Origin: Guillardia theta CCMP2712
Lineage: Eukaryota > Protista > Cryptophyta
Length of the DNA stretch: 45,327 bases
Direction of reading: 5' to 3'
Assembly (NCBI RefSeq): GCF_000315625.1
Contig: NW_005434416.1
Span: 1 to 45,327, forward strand
Made by a program: the position numbers and the translations under genes. Numbering within the stretch: position 1 is the first letter of the stretch; each line of letters starts with the position of its first letter. A model generated the notes under the pieces. It had not been told where the DNA came from, searched no databases, and was given only the letters and a program-made list of their open reading frames with translations. Positions 10,850 to 21,412 of the stretch are shown here, piece after piece.

Positions 10850-13595
10850 TGCTGCAGGATTTCCCTCGGTCCTCCGCTCCCTGTATCTGCTCTGCGTCTG
10901 CACGTTCAACCATTGCCACTAGTGGAGGGAACCCATAGCGTGATGCCAAGGGCTTTCTGTCTTGCTTGGCATACCACCAACAGACAACTGGCTGCATTCA
11001 ATTCTTGGCTTGTCTTGGACTGAATCCAGTGAATCAAACAACCAGCAAGTCAATGCAGCAACTCACCGCTCCTCGATTGCACTGGCATCATGCCTCGCAC
11101 ATCATCTCACCTATGGTATCGGAGCACGGCCAGTTTGAGCATCACAGCTTTGAAAACACATAGTGAAATCTCCTTGACGCTGCTGACCTCCTTATGCCCC
11201 GCCCCTTTGCTCGAAATTTCCAATTCGATTTGCCAGGTAAGGATCAACACTGTCTTTGCAATAGTCTGAAACCATCCTCTCAGTGTAGCCTGCTGGTGGT
11301 GAGGGCCGGCACATGAAGGGAACAACTGTAGTAGTAGTAGTCTCAGACCAGACCAGGGCGAAGAAACGCCTTCAGCGAGTTCAGATCCTCCTTGCTCCTG
11401 AGCATCGTTGTGAGAATTTTTCGCAAGGAGTCCTCCCGTATGTTTATCAATATTATGGCAATGCAGGCAAGTTATTTCTGAAACATCAGCGAGAGACTCG
11501 GTCTTTTTCGGCCACTTCTGGGTTTCCCAGGGGGGCCCCTTGGCGATGGCTCTCTTTGCGCACACCACCTTCCCCTCCCTGGTCAAAATCGCAGAGACCT
11601 TTCCCGACTGTGTCTTCCCGGCCTATGCGGATAACATGGCCGTTTTTGGAAAGCTCTCTGTTGCCACACAAGCCACTGCATCGCTGGTTGATACGTTGAA
11701 ACAAGAGCTAGGATTGGAGATTCGAACATCAATCTAGCGAGTAACGGGCCATCCAAGAGCATATTTGCAGTAGGTACCAGGGCTTGCAGCAGTTTGCCTT
11801 GCAAGGCCAGGAGATCATCCTTGGAGGTAAGTCCTTTCAGCAAGAGTTTATCGCTGCAAAGGTGAAATTCCACCCTCCAATGCTTCTTACGTGGAATCTC
11901 CCCGGCCTTGACAGCTGCCCAGTGCAAGTGCTTTGACGTCGCGAGTTTCCGTCTTCTTACGAAGGTGTTTCAGTGGCCACAGCACCAGGCACAGGAGGGT
12001 TCATCCGACCTGCAACCTGCTCCTGACACCCCTCCGTCTGACCTTCAGTTCGCCTACTTCAAACGTCAGTTGCCTTTTGTGCTGGAGGAGATGGGTTCAC
12101 CCCGGCAGGAGGTTGTGGCCTACACCGCATTCTGGTCTGCGACTGCCAAGTTTCTCAAATGGGCGGGAGACATTGCCATCTTCCAGCATTGGATTTTACC
12201 TACACCGCCACTCTTCCCGGAGTCCACCGGATCAATTCTGGCACTGAACTTCGAATCCACCAACCGCAGCAAGCGGACGCTGGGGATGTTGTCCCCATGC
12301 TGGCTGCCTTCTTGGACACTCACAGGCACTTGATGGAGCAGGCAATCTCGGCGTACACCTCCTTGGCGGAGCTTCCTCAGGCGTGCGACAATGACTGGAT
12401 CCCCTCGCCTGATTTGTTTGGGACGTCTGGTAGTGTGCTTTTCATCCCCGCTCAGCAGGAGCTCACGGCTCAATCCCTCATGGAGTTTCCTCGGTTCTGC
12501 AGTATTCGAGCTAACAATGATGAGCGCCAGCGATCTTTGTTGGCACATGAACTTTGTCTCAGTTTACCCCTCAGCGCACGATCTGGCACTCAATTATGTA
12601 AAGTACCAACCTTGGGATCTTTGAGCAGCAGCCCATCAGCTTGGTGGCTGCCGCTGACAAGTTTCTTCATGGACTGCCCATTGAACTCCCGCCGCACTGC
12701 GATACATGTCACCTTCTTCTCCGTCGTCCTGGAGGGACTACTCACATGGCAACCTGCAGGCACCGCAGCCCATTATGGACTGATGCCCATGAGAAGTGCA
12801 ATGCCGTCCTCAGTACCCTCATCAAAGATTCAGGAGTGAGATGCCGCGTCGACGTGCAAGGCGTTCCCGGCACCAGGCAGAACGTTTCCCAACATGGCCC
12901 TGAAGATCATCACGTAGGGAATTTTGAGCTCCCGCAATTGCAGGCCACTGGAGGCGGATGGCATGGGTTGATCCTTGACTTCAGCATGTCACATGTTTCT
13001 GACTATGATGGAATACCGGACCAGGCTCTGAGCAAACTGCAGCAGCACAGGGAGAGATCCGAGGGCATCGTAATGCATATGCTCAGCACGTCCCGCCAAA
13101 GGCCTTTCTTCCCATTATCGCCAGCACTGATGGCCTCTTGCAGGACGATGCGTTGCGCTTTCTGTGGTGGCTGGCGGATCGCTCGGCGAACAAGGAAACG
13201 GCAGCGCTGGATGGTCTCTCGGCCTCGCAAGACGTCTCAGGTGATCCGACTTGCAAACACATCCGGTCCAGGATCTTCCGTCAGCTCAAGGCCTCCCTGT
13301 CACTCGCTGCCATAATCGCAGGTGCGTTCAGGTATGCGTCTCATTCCTTCAGCGGCGGCCACAGCGACATCGCTTGCATTGCGCCGGGGAATGGTCCTGC
13401 TCGAAGTTGAGTGAAGGTATCAGTTAAGTTTGGGGGACAGCAGTCGGAAGGATGAGTTGGTTCTCGCTGTCTTTTTTTCTCTTCTCGGTGTGTGGGAGTG
13501 AACTTTACTCAAAGTTAAATTAAAATCAGTACGAGGACAATCAAACTAGTAGGGACAGGGCCGATTGTCCTGGTACTGATTTTAACTTAACTTTG
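10850..13595 (+). mobile_element. Degenerate non-LTR retrotransposon of the RLE type (CRE-like), frameshifted; 5' boundary uncertain
   Basis: Read across frameshifts: RNAFSEFR (RT DxxNAF motif), LPYVYQYYG..SATSGFP(Q)GGPLAMALFA, VFPAYADNMAVFG (YADD-like), zinc knuckle CDTC..HMATC..H, endonuclease-like GPEDHHVG..LILDFSMSH, and C-terminal PFFPIIASTDGLLQDDALRFLWWLA..IFRQLKASLSLA. A 3' UTR follows. Confidence 0.85.
13501..13595. repeat. 33-bp inverted repeat (13510-13542 / 13563-13595, 2 mismatches) with 20-nt spacer, built from the dispersed terminal motif
   Basis: CAAAGTTAAATTAAAATCAGTACGAGGACAATC ... GATTGTCCTGGTACTGATTTTAACTTAACTTTG. Confidence 0.95.
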
Positions 13596-14355
13596 GCACT
13601 GCGCTCGTCAGGCTCCGGGGCCGACCCGGTCACCCACAAAAAGGCTTTTGGGTACGAACTTGGTCTGAAGCAAAAAAGATTGTAAGAGTGACAGTAGTAA
13701 CTTAACTTTGAGTAGTATTAAAAATGTCAGTTGTTGTTGACCAAACATAAAATTCGAATAACCCGCTTCACTGGTGACCACCCACCCCTTCTCCCAGTAC
13801 TTCGGAGTAAACTTACGGTGACTCAGCTACCCACCACCCAGTCTGCCATGCTGACCCTGCGTCTACCACCATCAACACTTGGAGGGGCAGGCTGTGGCTG
13901 TCACAGGCGATTTTATTAAGAGCGTTATCAGTCTGTCTCGCCCTATGCCTGACCTCTTGATGCCGAGGTACCCCACCTCCCATGCCCGTCACACCTGAAC
14001 CGTGGGGTGAGTCACGGGACCAGTTCAGTCAACTTTCCTAGAGTACCGGTGGTCACTAAGTCCCGAAATAGATTTTTGTTCATAGAAGTGTTCTCGGTAG
14101 GTCCCGGAGTCCGCCCCCTCCCCCCTCCCCCTCCGGTACGGGGTAAGCCTGAGAGGGGGGGTTCCCTAGTGATAGTACCGGGTACAACGGTACCCCAGCG
14201 GTGAACCGGGTCTATTATCTTGCCTGACCTGGGAAAACGTAGAGGTGGGGGTACTAAGTAGTGAGGTACCATGATAGATTCGGAACTGTAGGGGTCAGGG
14301 TCGGGACTTGGACCATTATTGCGCAAGAGGAGAGGGGTGGGATAGGGGACAGCAG

Positions 14356-14363
14356 TATAAATA
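14356..14363 (+). promoter_or_regulatory. Putative TATA box of small gene copy B
   Basis: TATAAATA ~40 nt before ATG 14395, preceded by GGGGTGGGATAGGGG. Confidence 0.6.
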
Positions 14364-14394
14364 CGAGTGCAGATGAGATATCGTCACTGAGAAA

Positions 14395-14903
14395 ATGGTG
14401 AGATGAAAAAAGATGAATAGAATGCGCGCAATGATGCTGACAAACGCCCGCCTGATGCGATCATGCAAGGTCTTGATGAACACAAAGAACGACGGAGATT
14501 ATGATGGAGATGATGATGGAGACGAATCGATGCCTGATGAATGTGACGCATGATCATGATGGATGACTGTCTTGGAATGGGAAGCATGTGTTTGTCTCTG
14601 ACATTTGACCTCCAGTTCTCCGACATCGTGCACGCTCAGGAGCTGTATAGCACTTACACTATCAGTAACACCTGGGAGCCCTATTTCGAATCCAAGTGGC
14701 CCACTACTACCATCAGCAACAACAGATGGAATGATGGCAACAGGGGAGCCTCTTGGAACTACGGTGACAACTTTGGCGGAGGTAACGATTACCGCACCGA
14801 TCACACCATCTTCGGCAACTATGGTGTCACCGACAGTGTTTACAGTGGAAGCAACCCAATCAAGCTGTGCTCTGGCACGCACAACGCTGAGTGCTCCGGA
14901 TAA
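14395..14903 (+). CDS. Small Gly/Asn/Trp-rich protein, copy B (96 aa); exon 1 = ATG only (14395-14397), exon 2 = 14616-14903
   Basis: Same splice signals as copy A. Product M-FSDIVHAQELYSTYTISNTWEPYFESKWPTTTISN...KLCSGTHNAECSG*. Confidence 0.78.
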
Positions 14904-16887
14904 ACATAAACATCGGATGCAGACGGTTGATGCCAACCTCCCCACTCACACTGGGAACGAGAGACTAATAAACGTCTTTCTATTCTATTACCTACATGTC
15001 TCTCTTGTACGTGCGAGCGTGATGTGAACATGGCTTACGAAGCCTTGAAGACGATGAGAAGCTTGTCTCGAGCAATCGTTATCACACAAGCACACACCAG
15101 TCGATGTGACCTGCCTTGACAGTGATACTCGCAAGGGCGACAGCACCGATGGCTGCGAGACAGAGCCTGATGTCTGCTTGCCTGCTATCATCACTGATGA
15201 GTGTGCGAGGCTTGTTGTGGGTGTCGGCAGGTGCTGCCAGGTCGATCGCAGGGATACCTGGGAGAGCAACACGAGGCTGAACGGCTGAGTCGTGGCTGCA
15301 CCGTTGAGCGAAGCTTATCGGATGAAGATGATGTTCTGGAGATGATAATGTTAATGATGATGAAGATGTAATTGATGATGTAATTTCTGTTGTTTCTTGT
15401 TTTGTTGATGATGGAGGACTGAGGAGGAGATCATCGGATAATGATCACGGTTTTTCATCAGACATCCGAGTATAAAATGCTGTCACTGTGACATACTGTC
15501 CAAACGGGTCCTGCAGCTTCTGTCTCCGAACCCTGATACATCCGACCGGAGCTAAAAGCCGCCAAAGTTGAATTACTAGTTAGCAGCTTCACTGTTACCC
15601 TGTGAATGCTCGACATGCAACCTCGATAGACTCGTAGAAGCATCGGGCTGCTGAGTCACTAAGACTGAGGGATCTTAAAGATCATCAGGGATCATGAGGC
15701 ACATCGGATGAGATGCTAAGCTTGTTGAACTGATCATACCGTAGTACTGATCAGTAGTACTAGTAACTGAGCCGCTGACTTGATACGGGCCTGCGGCGGC
15801 CCGGGTCCGAGTCAGTGGACTCCGAGTACCGTACACTTGTGACATCATGACTAGCACCGTGATGAGTGGCCCAGCACAGCCTGGCTGCACACCGTGGCAC
15901 CAGGCTTCCTCCGGGAGTCCGCCGGTCCGGTCGGATCAGTTCGAAGTCCAGGCTCGGAAGTTCTCAGATCCGATCGGATCGTCGGCCACCGCGAGTCCGA
16001 GCGGGCCCCTGAGTCCTGCTCAGCCATGATACCGGGTCACTCTGTTCGCTGTCAGAGTCTTTTCTCTTCCGGTCCTGCTCAGGCTAGCCCGCCCGGGCCC
16101 GGACCGGGCCCAGAGTCACTGCCGCCTGGCCGCCCCGGCCGGGCCGCCGCGGCCCGCCGAGCCGCCGCGCCGACGCCTGGCTGCCGCCGAGCCTCGGAGT
16201 TCGGAAGTGACTTGCAGAGCTGACTGCTGACAAGACGAAGGGGGGCAGAATAGTATTAAGCGTCGCCAGGAGATCTGAAAATAATTGTTTTCAAATTAAT
16301 TTTTATTGGCTGACAGAGATACTGAAAATTTTCTGTAATATATTGGATTGAGAAAGTATTAATAAAAGTTTTCCTATATAAAAAAATCCATTTTTAGCTA
16401 ATCTTCTTCATTACTACGGGTGTTCCTATAACCCTTTAGCTGAAGGAGTTAAATTCAAAGCAGTTCCTTCACAACCCGAGTTACATTGCTGACCGAACCG
16501 CCGTGATTTTACTATACCGAACCCCCTATTTGACCTTGAACTACCCGGCCCTATGTATGATGACAGAACCCCCAAACGCAAAGTACCCCTTATTCCAAGA
16601 GCTTCACCCCCAACGGGGTGGGGGTGAAGTAAAGAACCTTTCTCCATAGAGCAAGCGAGAGGAAGAGGAGAGGACGACGAAGTCGAAGAGGAAGAGGAAG
16701 AGGAAGAGGAAGAGGAAGAGGAAGAGGAAGAGGAAGAGGACAGGGAAATCAAAGAGGGGATAGCATTGCACAGAACAAGACTGGACACGCGGATTCTAGC
16801 ATATCAGGTTACTGTCTACTGTCTGCTGTGATAAGATTGGTGGGAGAACTTTTTATTGGAGTAGCCAGAGGGATATAGCAACGTAAA

Positions 16888-17550
16888 GTGAAAGCCCAAG
16901 TTAACAGAGTATACCAGCGCGCAATGGAAGGAATGCAACTGAACGTCGACGGTCGGTACTTGCCGGAAGCTTTGGACTGGGGGTTCGATCATATTCCCAA
17001 CGAACTTCATGGCTTGCAACATGCCAAGGCTGTCGAAACGAGGCAGAAAAGACTGGACAAGGAGGAAGAGGATGGACCTGTGGCGGCAGAGGCGATGAGC
17101 CATCGGCGCGACGTTGGAGGGGATCTCTCGTGCGAGGGGCTGAAGAGTAGGTCGCCAGAAACATTTGCTGCCATGTTCTGCTCAAGGTTCGACGATGAAA
17201 CTGAGGGGGAGAGGCTAGAGAACGTCTTTGCGAGTGAAAGTTACAACACCGAGCTCGGATCAAGCGCAGAGAAGGATAATCTTGACGAGTGTGGGAAGGA
17301 TTGGTTGGAGGGGAAACTGGATCTGGATGCAGGAAGCGACGAGGAGGACGAGGAGGACGAGGGGGAGCTTCTGACGGCCTCAGAGAGGAGAACCTGCCTG
17401 TATCAGTCTTCTTTCCGGTTGGGAGGAGCACCAGAGAGGAAGCAGATACAAGGTAGCGGATCTTTCAGGAGCCGATACAACCGGGAGATTGGCAAGTCAA
17501 TCACCGACGCCTTCATTGGCCTGATACAGCACTCGAGCCACTGTGAATGA
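16888..17550 (+). CDS. Possible exon(s) of a hypothetical acidic protein; downstream pieces to ~20 kb contain stops and may be a pseudogene
   Basis: 220-codon open frame that is not an SSR. No recognisable family motif. Confidence 0.3.
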   Translation: MKAQVNRVYQRAMEGMQLNVDGRYLPEALDWGFDHIPNELHGLQHAKAVETRQKRLDKEEEDGPVAAEAMSHRRDVGGDLSCEGLKSRSPETFAAMFCSRFDDETEGERLENVFASESYNTELGSSAEKDNLDECGKDWLEGKLDLDAGSDEEDEEDEGELLTASERRTCLYQSSFRLGGAPERKQIQGSGSFRSRYNREIGKSITDAFIGLIQHSSHCE

Positions 17551-19636
17551 CAAGAAAATAAACTTGTAACGCAGTCCCTTTCGCACTCTCTCTCCGCCTC
17601 CCTCCTATCCCGATCTCTCTGTACTCTTCCCCGTCCCCTTCGCACTCTCACTGGCTCTCCCTGTCATCATTGTCGCCCTCAAGGAAGAGGAGCATTGGGA
17701 GTGATGGAGTGGGCCCTGGTGGATGGTCAGAAACCTCAAAGGGAGGAGTAACAAGAGGAGGGCGTGAGACGAAGCGAGTTGTTGGAGGGTACCTGATCTT
17801 CATCGGAGGTTTCCCTTGCGGAAAGCATTCGGTAAAGATGATTTCAATGAGCTGGAGAAAGGTAAGGAACTCGCAACAGCAGATCCGAGTAGCAGAGCGA
17901 GTAGAAAGACTGAGAAAAGAAGCCGAATGCCGGAGAGAAGAGAGAGAGTCAAGAGAGGTTTTGGAAGAGGGCAAGGGGGTGGGGGAGATTTAAGACAGCA
18001 ACACAACGATGCAGAGTTTGGCGGACCTGCTTGAACTTTGACCGTAGATACAACTGCCACCAAGATAAGAGTAAAAGAAACAATGATCATAACAAGGATA
18101 TCATGTGGTGTGTGCGTGATGATGATGTCTGAGCGGACGATTGAGATGCTTTGACGATGAAGACTCAGAAGTCAAGGAAACTGAATGGGACACGTAGAAA
18201 GAAAAGACGTGAACGAGGACAAGAAGGGCGACGAAAAAGATGAGGAGGAGGGAGAGGGAGAGGGAGAGGGAGAGGGAGGAGGGAGAGGGAGGAGGGAGGA
18301 ACCTGCAATTCATGTGTCTGTTCCATGAAGTAAGTTTTGTCTCCAGGAATGTCGTCGACAGCCTTTAAACGGGTGAGATGTTTGTCTCCCTCTCTTTGCC
18401 TTCACCTCTGCTACTTTCTCGTCCACCAGATCCATCCCTCCTTGATCTGACAGACGTCGCAGTCAGATGCAACATTCAACGACTACCATGCTGCTGCTAC
18501 CATGCTGCTGCCTCAGCCTCCTCATTTCATATCAAGCCTACTTCTTATTGACCGCAGATTCTGCTTTACTTCCTCCCCTCCTGACCGACTCCCCCCTCTG
18601 CCTCCCAGGCTCCTCCTTCTCCGCTTGTCTTCACCTTCGGCGAGAGTATCGGTGAGCGAGTGGTAGAGGAGGAAGGCGACGATTCTGCTGCTAGTCAAAC
18701 TTGACGGGCATCAAACAGACTCACTTGAGGTTGTTGCTGTCAACCCTGCTGGGAACTGTGTTGGGCCCGATGTTGTACTGAAGTCACAACCATCAACATC
18801 GTCTGACACCCTTTGCACCATCACGATCCCTGCTGCTGCTGCTGCTGCTGCACCTCCACCTTCCGCCCCCCCTCCTCCCTCCTCTTCCTTTCCTTTCTTT
18901 TCTCCTGCTGCAACCCCGTTTTTCCGTGCTTTTAACTCTCTATACCTTCCAAGGAGTCAGAGTGAGCTGGAGGATGAGAATACGAGTGAAAAGAAATTGA
19001 GCCATGAGAAACTTTGCCTGCAACCAACGTCAAGTCCTCCCTTCCCTTACGTTTCTGTCTGCTCCTCCTCCTCATAATCGTCTTCTCCTCCTCCCTTTCT
19101 TCCTCTTCCTCATTCAACGTCCTCTCTTGCTCCTTCTGCTGTCCCCTTTATCAATTCATCTCGTTCTTCACCTTCCTTCCATCAATTTCTCCTGCTCTCA
19201 TGGTTTCCCAGTCAAGCTCGAGCACCTGAAAAGTGTCATCAAAAATAACTCCAGGCTGAGGAGAAGGTGCAGGAGGAGAAGGAGGAGGAGGAGGAAAAGG
19301 AGGAAGGGAGGAGGAGGAGGAGGAGGAGGAGGAGGAGGAGGAGGTGCAAAAAAAGGGGGGGGGAGGTGGAGGTGCAAGAGGGGGAGGAGAGACTTGAGAA
19401 GGGCAGGTCTGACAATGTTGAGTTGATGATGAAGGTTTGGAGTGGAGAAGGGGATCAAGGAGAAGAGGGAAGACAGGGAGCAGGAAGAGGAATGGATGGC
19501 AAGAAAACCTTCTCTTCGACCGGCATGAGATACTTTTCAGAGGATGCAGTCAAATCGCGAGAGCTCCCCTGGATGGATGGTTTGTCTGGATATTTCTGAG
19601 AGAAAATGTGAGCAACCGAGCGGGAAGTTGGGATAA

Positions 19637-19673
<37 letters not shown>

Positions 19674-19690
19674 GATGATGATGATGACGA

Positions 19691-19762
<72 letters not shown>

Positions 19763-20081
19763 TGATGGGAGGGAGGAGGAGGAGGATGGGAGGAGGATGG
19801 GAGGAGGAGGAGGGGGAAGATGAGAAGAATGATGAGAATGGCGATGACGAGAAGGAGTTTCTGCGTCATTACCTGTCTGTGTGCCACCAACCTGCGAAGA
19901 AACTCGACGATAGCTGAGGGAATTTTATCCTGCCAATTTACTGAGAGGATGAACAGCAAACAAATGGATAGAGACATGCCAGACACAACGAAAACTTTGC
20001 AAAAGAGGAGGATGAGGATGAGGATGAGGATGAGGAGCAGGAAAACGAGGAGCAAGAGGAGCAGGGACATGACGATGAGGA

Positions 20082-20181
20082 NNNNNNNNNNNNNNNNNNN
20101 NNNNNNNNNNNNNNNNNNNNNNNNNNNNNNNNNNNNNNNNNNNNNNNNNNNNNNNNNNNNNNNNNNNNNNNNNNNNNNNNN
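20082..20181. other. Assembly gap (100 n)
   Basis: N run between microsatellites. Confidence 0.99.
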
Positions 20182-20200
20182 TAGGAGGAGGAGGAGGAGA

Positions 20201-20237
<37 letters not shown>

Positions 20238-20271
20238 GGAGGAGGAGGAGGAGGAGGAGGACGAAGAGAAC

Positions 20272-20307
<36 letters not shown>

Positions 20308-20399
20308 GAGGAGGAGGAGGAGGAGGAGAGGAATGTAGTAGTTATGCAGCAGTGATGAGTGAGGGGATGGGGAGGAGGACCTGTGTGCATGCTGTTATG

Positions 20400-21380
20400 A
20401 GAGCATTGATGATAGCTTTACATCGAGTTCCAAGCTTGAGGACTCGAGCAGTAACGTCACTCTGATATGCCATCAGCGAAAATCATCCGCATCCCTTCTT
20501 CCTCCTCCCCGTCCTCCTCCTAATCCCCATCCCTCTTAACCCCCCCTCGCGACCCTTCTTTTCCTCTCCCTGCCATTTACCTCCTCCTCCTCTCTCTCCC
20601 TCCTCTCTCCTCTCCCGCCTCCTCCTCCCCCTGCTCTCTTCCCCTCCCCTCCTTCTCGCTTCGCTTTCTACTGACCTCCGTCAGCCCAGTTTTCCACAAG
20701 CTTCCCTTGAACGGCGGCATGATCTAAGGCAGAAGGCTCAGCAGCACAAGGGAGGGGAGGAAGAGGAGGAGGAGGTCGAAGAGCAGAGGAGGAGGAGGAG
20801 GACAAGGGAAGCAGATGAGGAGAGGAGAGGCTTGAAGAAGTGAAGGAGCACACCCGACACAAACGCATGCGTGAAAGAAAAGAACGGAGTGACAGAGGCA
20901 GCACAAGCAACACAAGGCGCAGAGCAAGATGTACGGACATAAGGAGGATGAGGAGGACAGATGACGAGGAAGAGGAAGAGGAGGAGGAGAAAGTGAGAAT
21001 AGAAGCAGGAGATAGGGGGAGGAGGGAAGGAGAGAGCCCATGGTGCAGGAGATTGAGCAAGGGCAGAAGCAGGAGGAGGGGTAGGAGGAGGAGGGGAAGA
21101 AGGAGGAGGGGAAGGAGGAGGAGGGGAAGGAGGGGCAGGAGGGAGGGGCCAGGGGTAGAAATCACCTCTAGAGAAACACCAGACTCGAAGAGAAGAACGT
21201 TGATGACATGCTGACACACCTGCCGCGATCCAATGACCTCCTGTCCCTGTCCCTGTCCCTGCCGCTGCTGCCGCTCCTCCTCCTCCTCCTCCTCCTCCTC
21301 TTCCTTCTGCTGCTGCTGCTGCTGCTGCTTCTCTCGCGTCTGCTGCCGCAGCTGCCCCCGCTCCCACTTCCACACATTGT

Positions 21381-21412
<32 letters not shown>

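Noticed and set aside
13501-13542. Spliced-leader RNA gene as the target of the CRE-like element
   Set aside because: Some CRE/NeSL elements target SL genes, but I cannot match this motif to a known SL sequence. Its continuity with the element UTR at 40431-40559 fits an element terminus better.
13501-13595. Classical MITE, or rho-independent terminator
   Set aside because: No TSD is visible, arm ends differ between loci, and solo arms occur. A bacterial terminator is irrelevant in this eukaryotic context. A MITE is not fully excluded and is kept as the refuting alternative in the first finding.
10025-14903. Diversity-generating retroelement (two similar repeats beside an RT)
   Set aside because: Differences are not adenine-specific (CTC/CTG, CCT/TCT, GCT/GTT, ACT/AGT, TAT/TAC). 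Both copies are full genes with promoter and intron, and the RT is a decayed non-LTR/RLE type.
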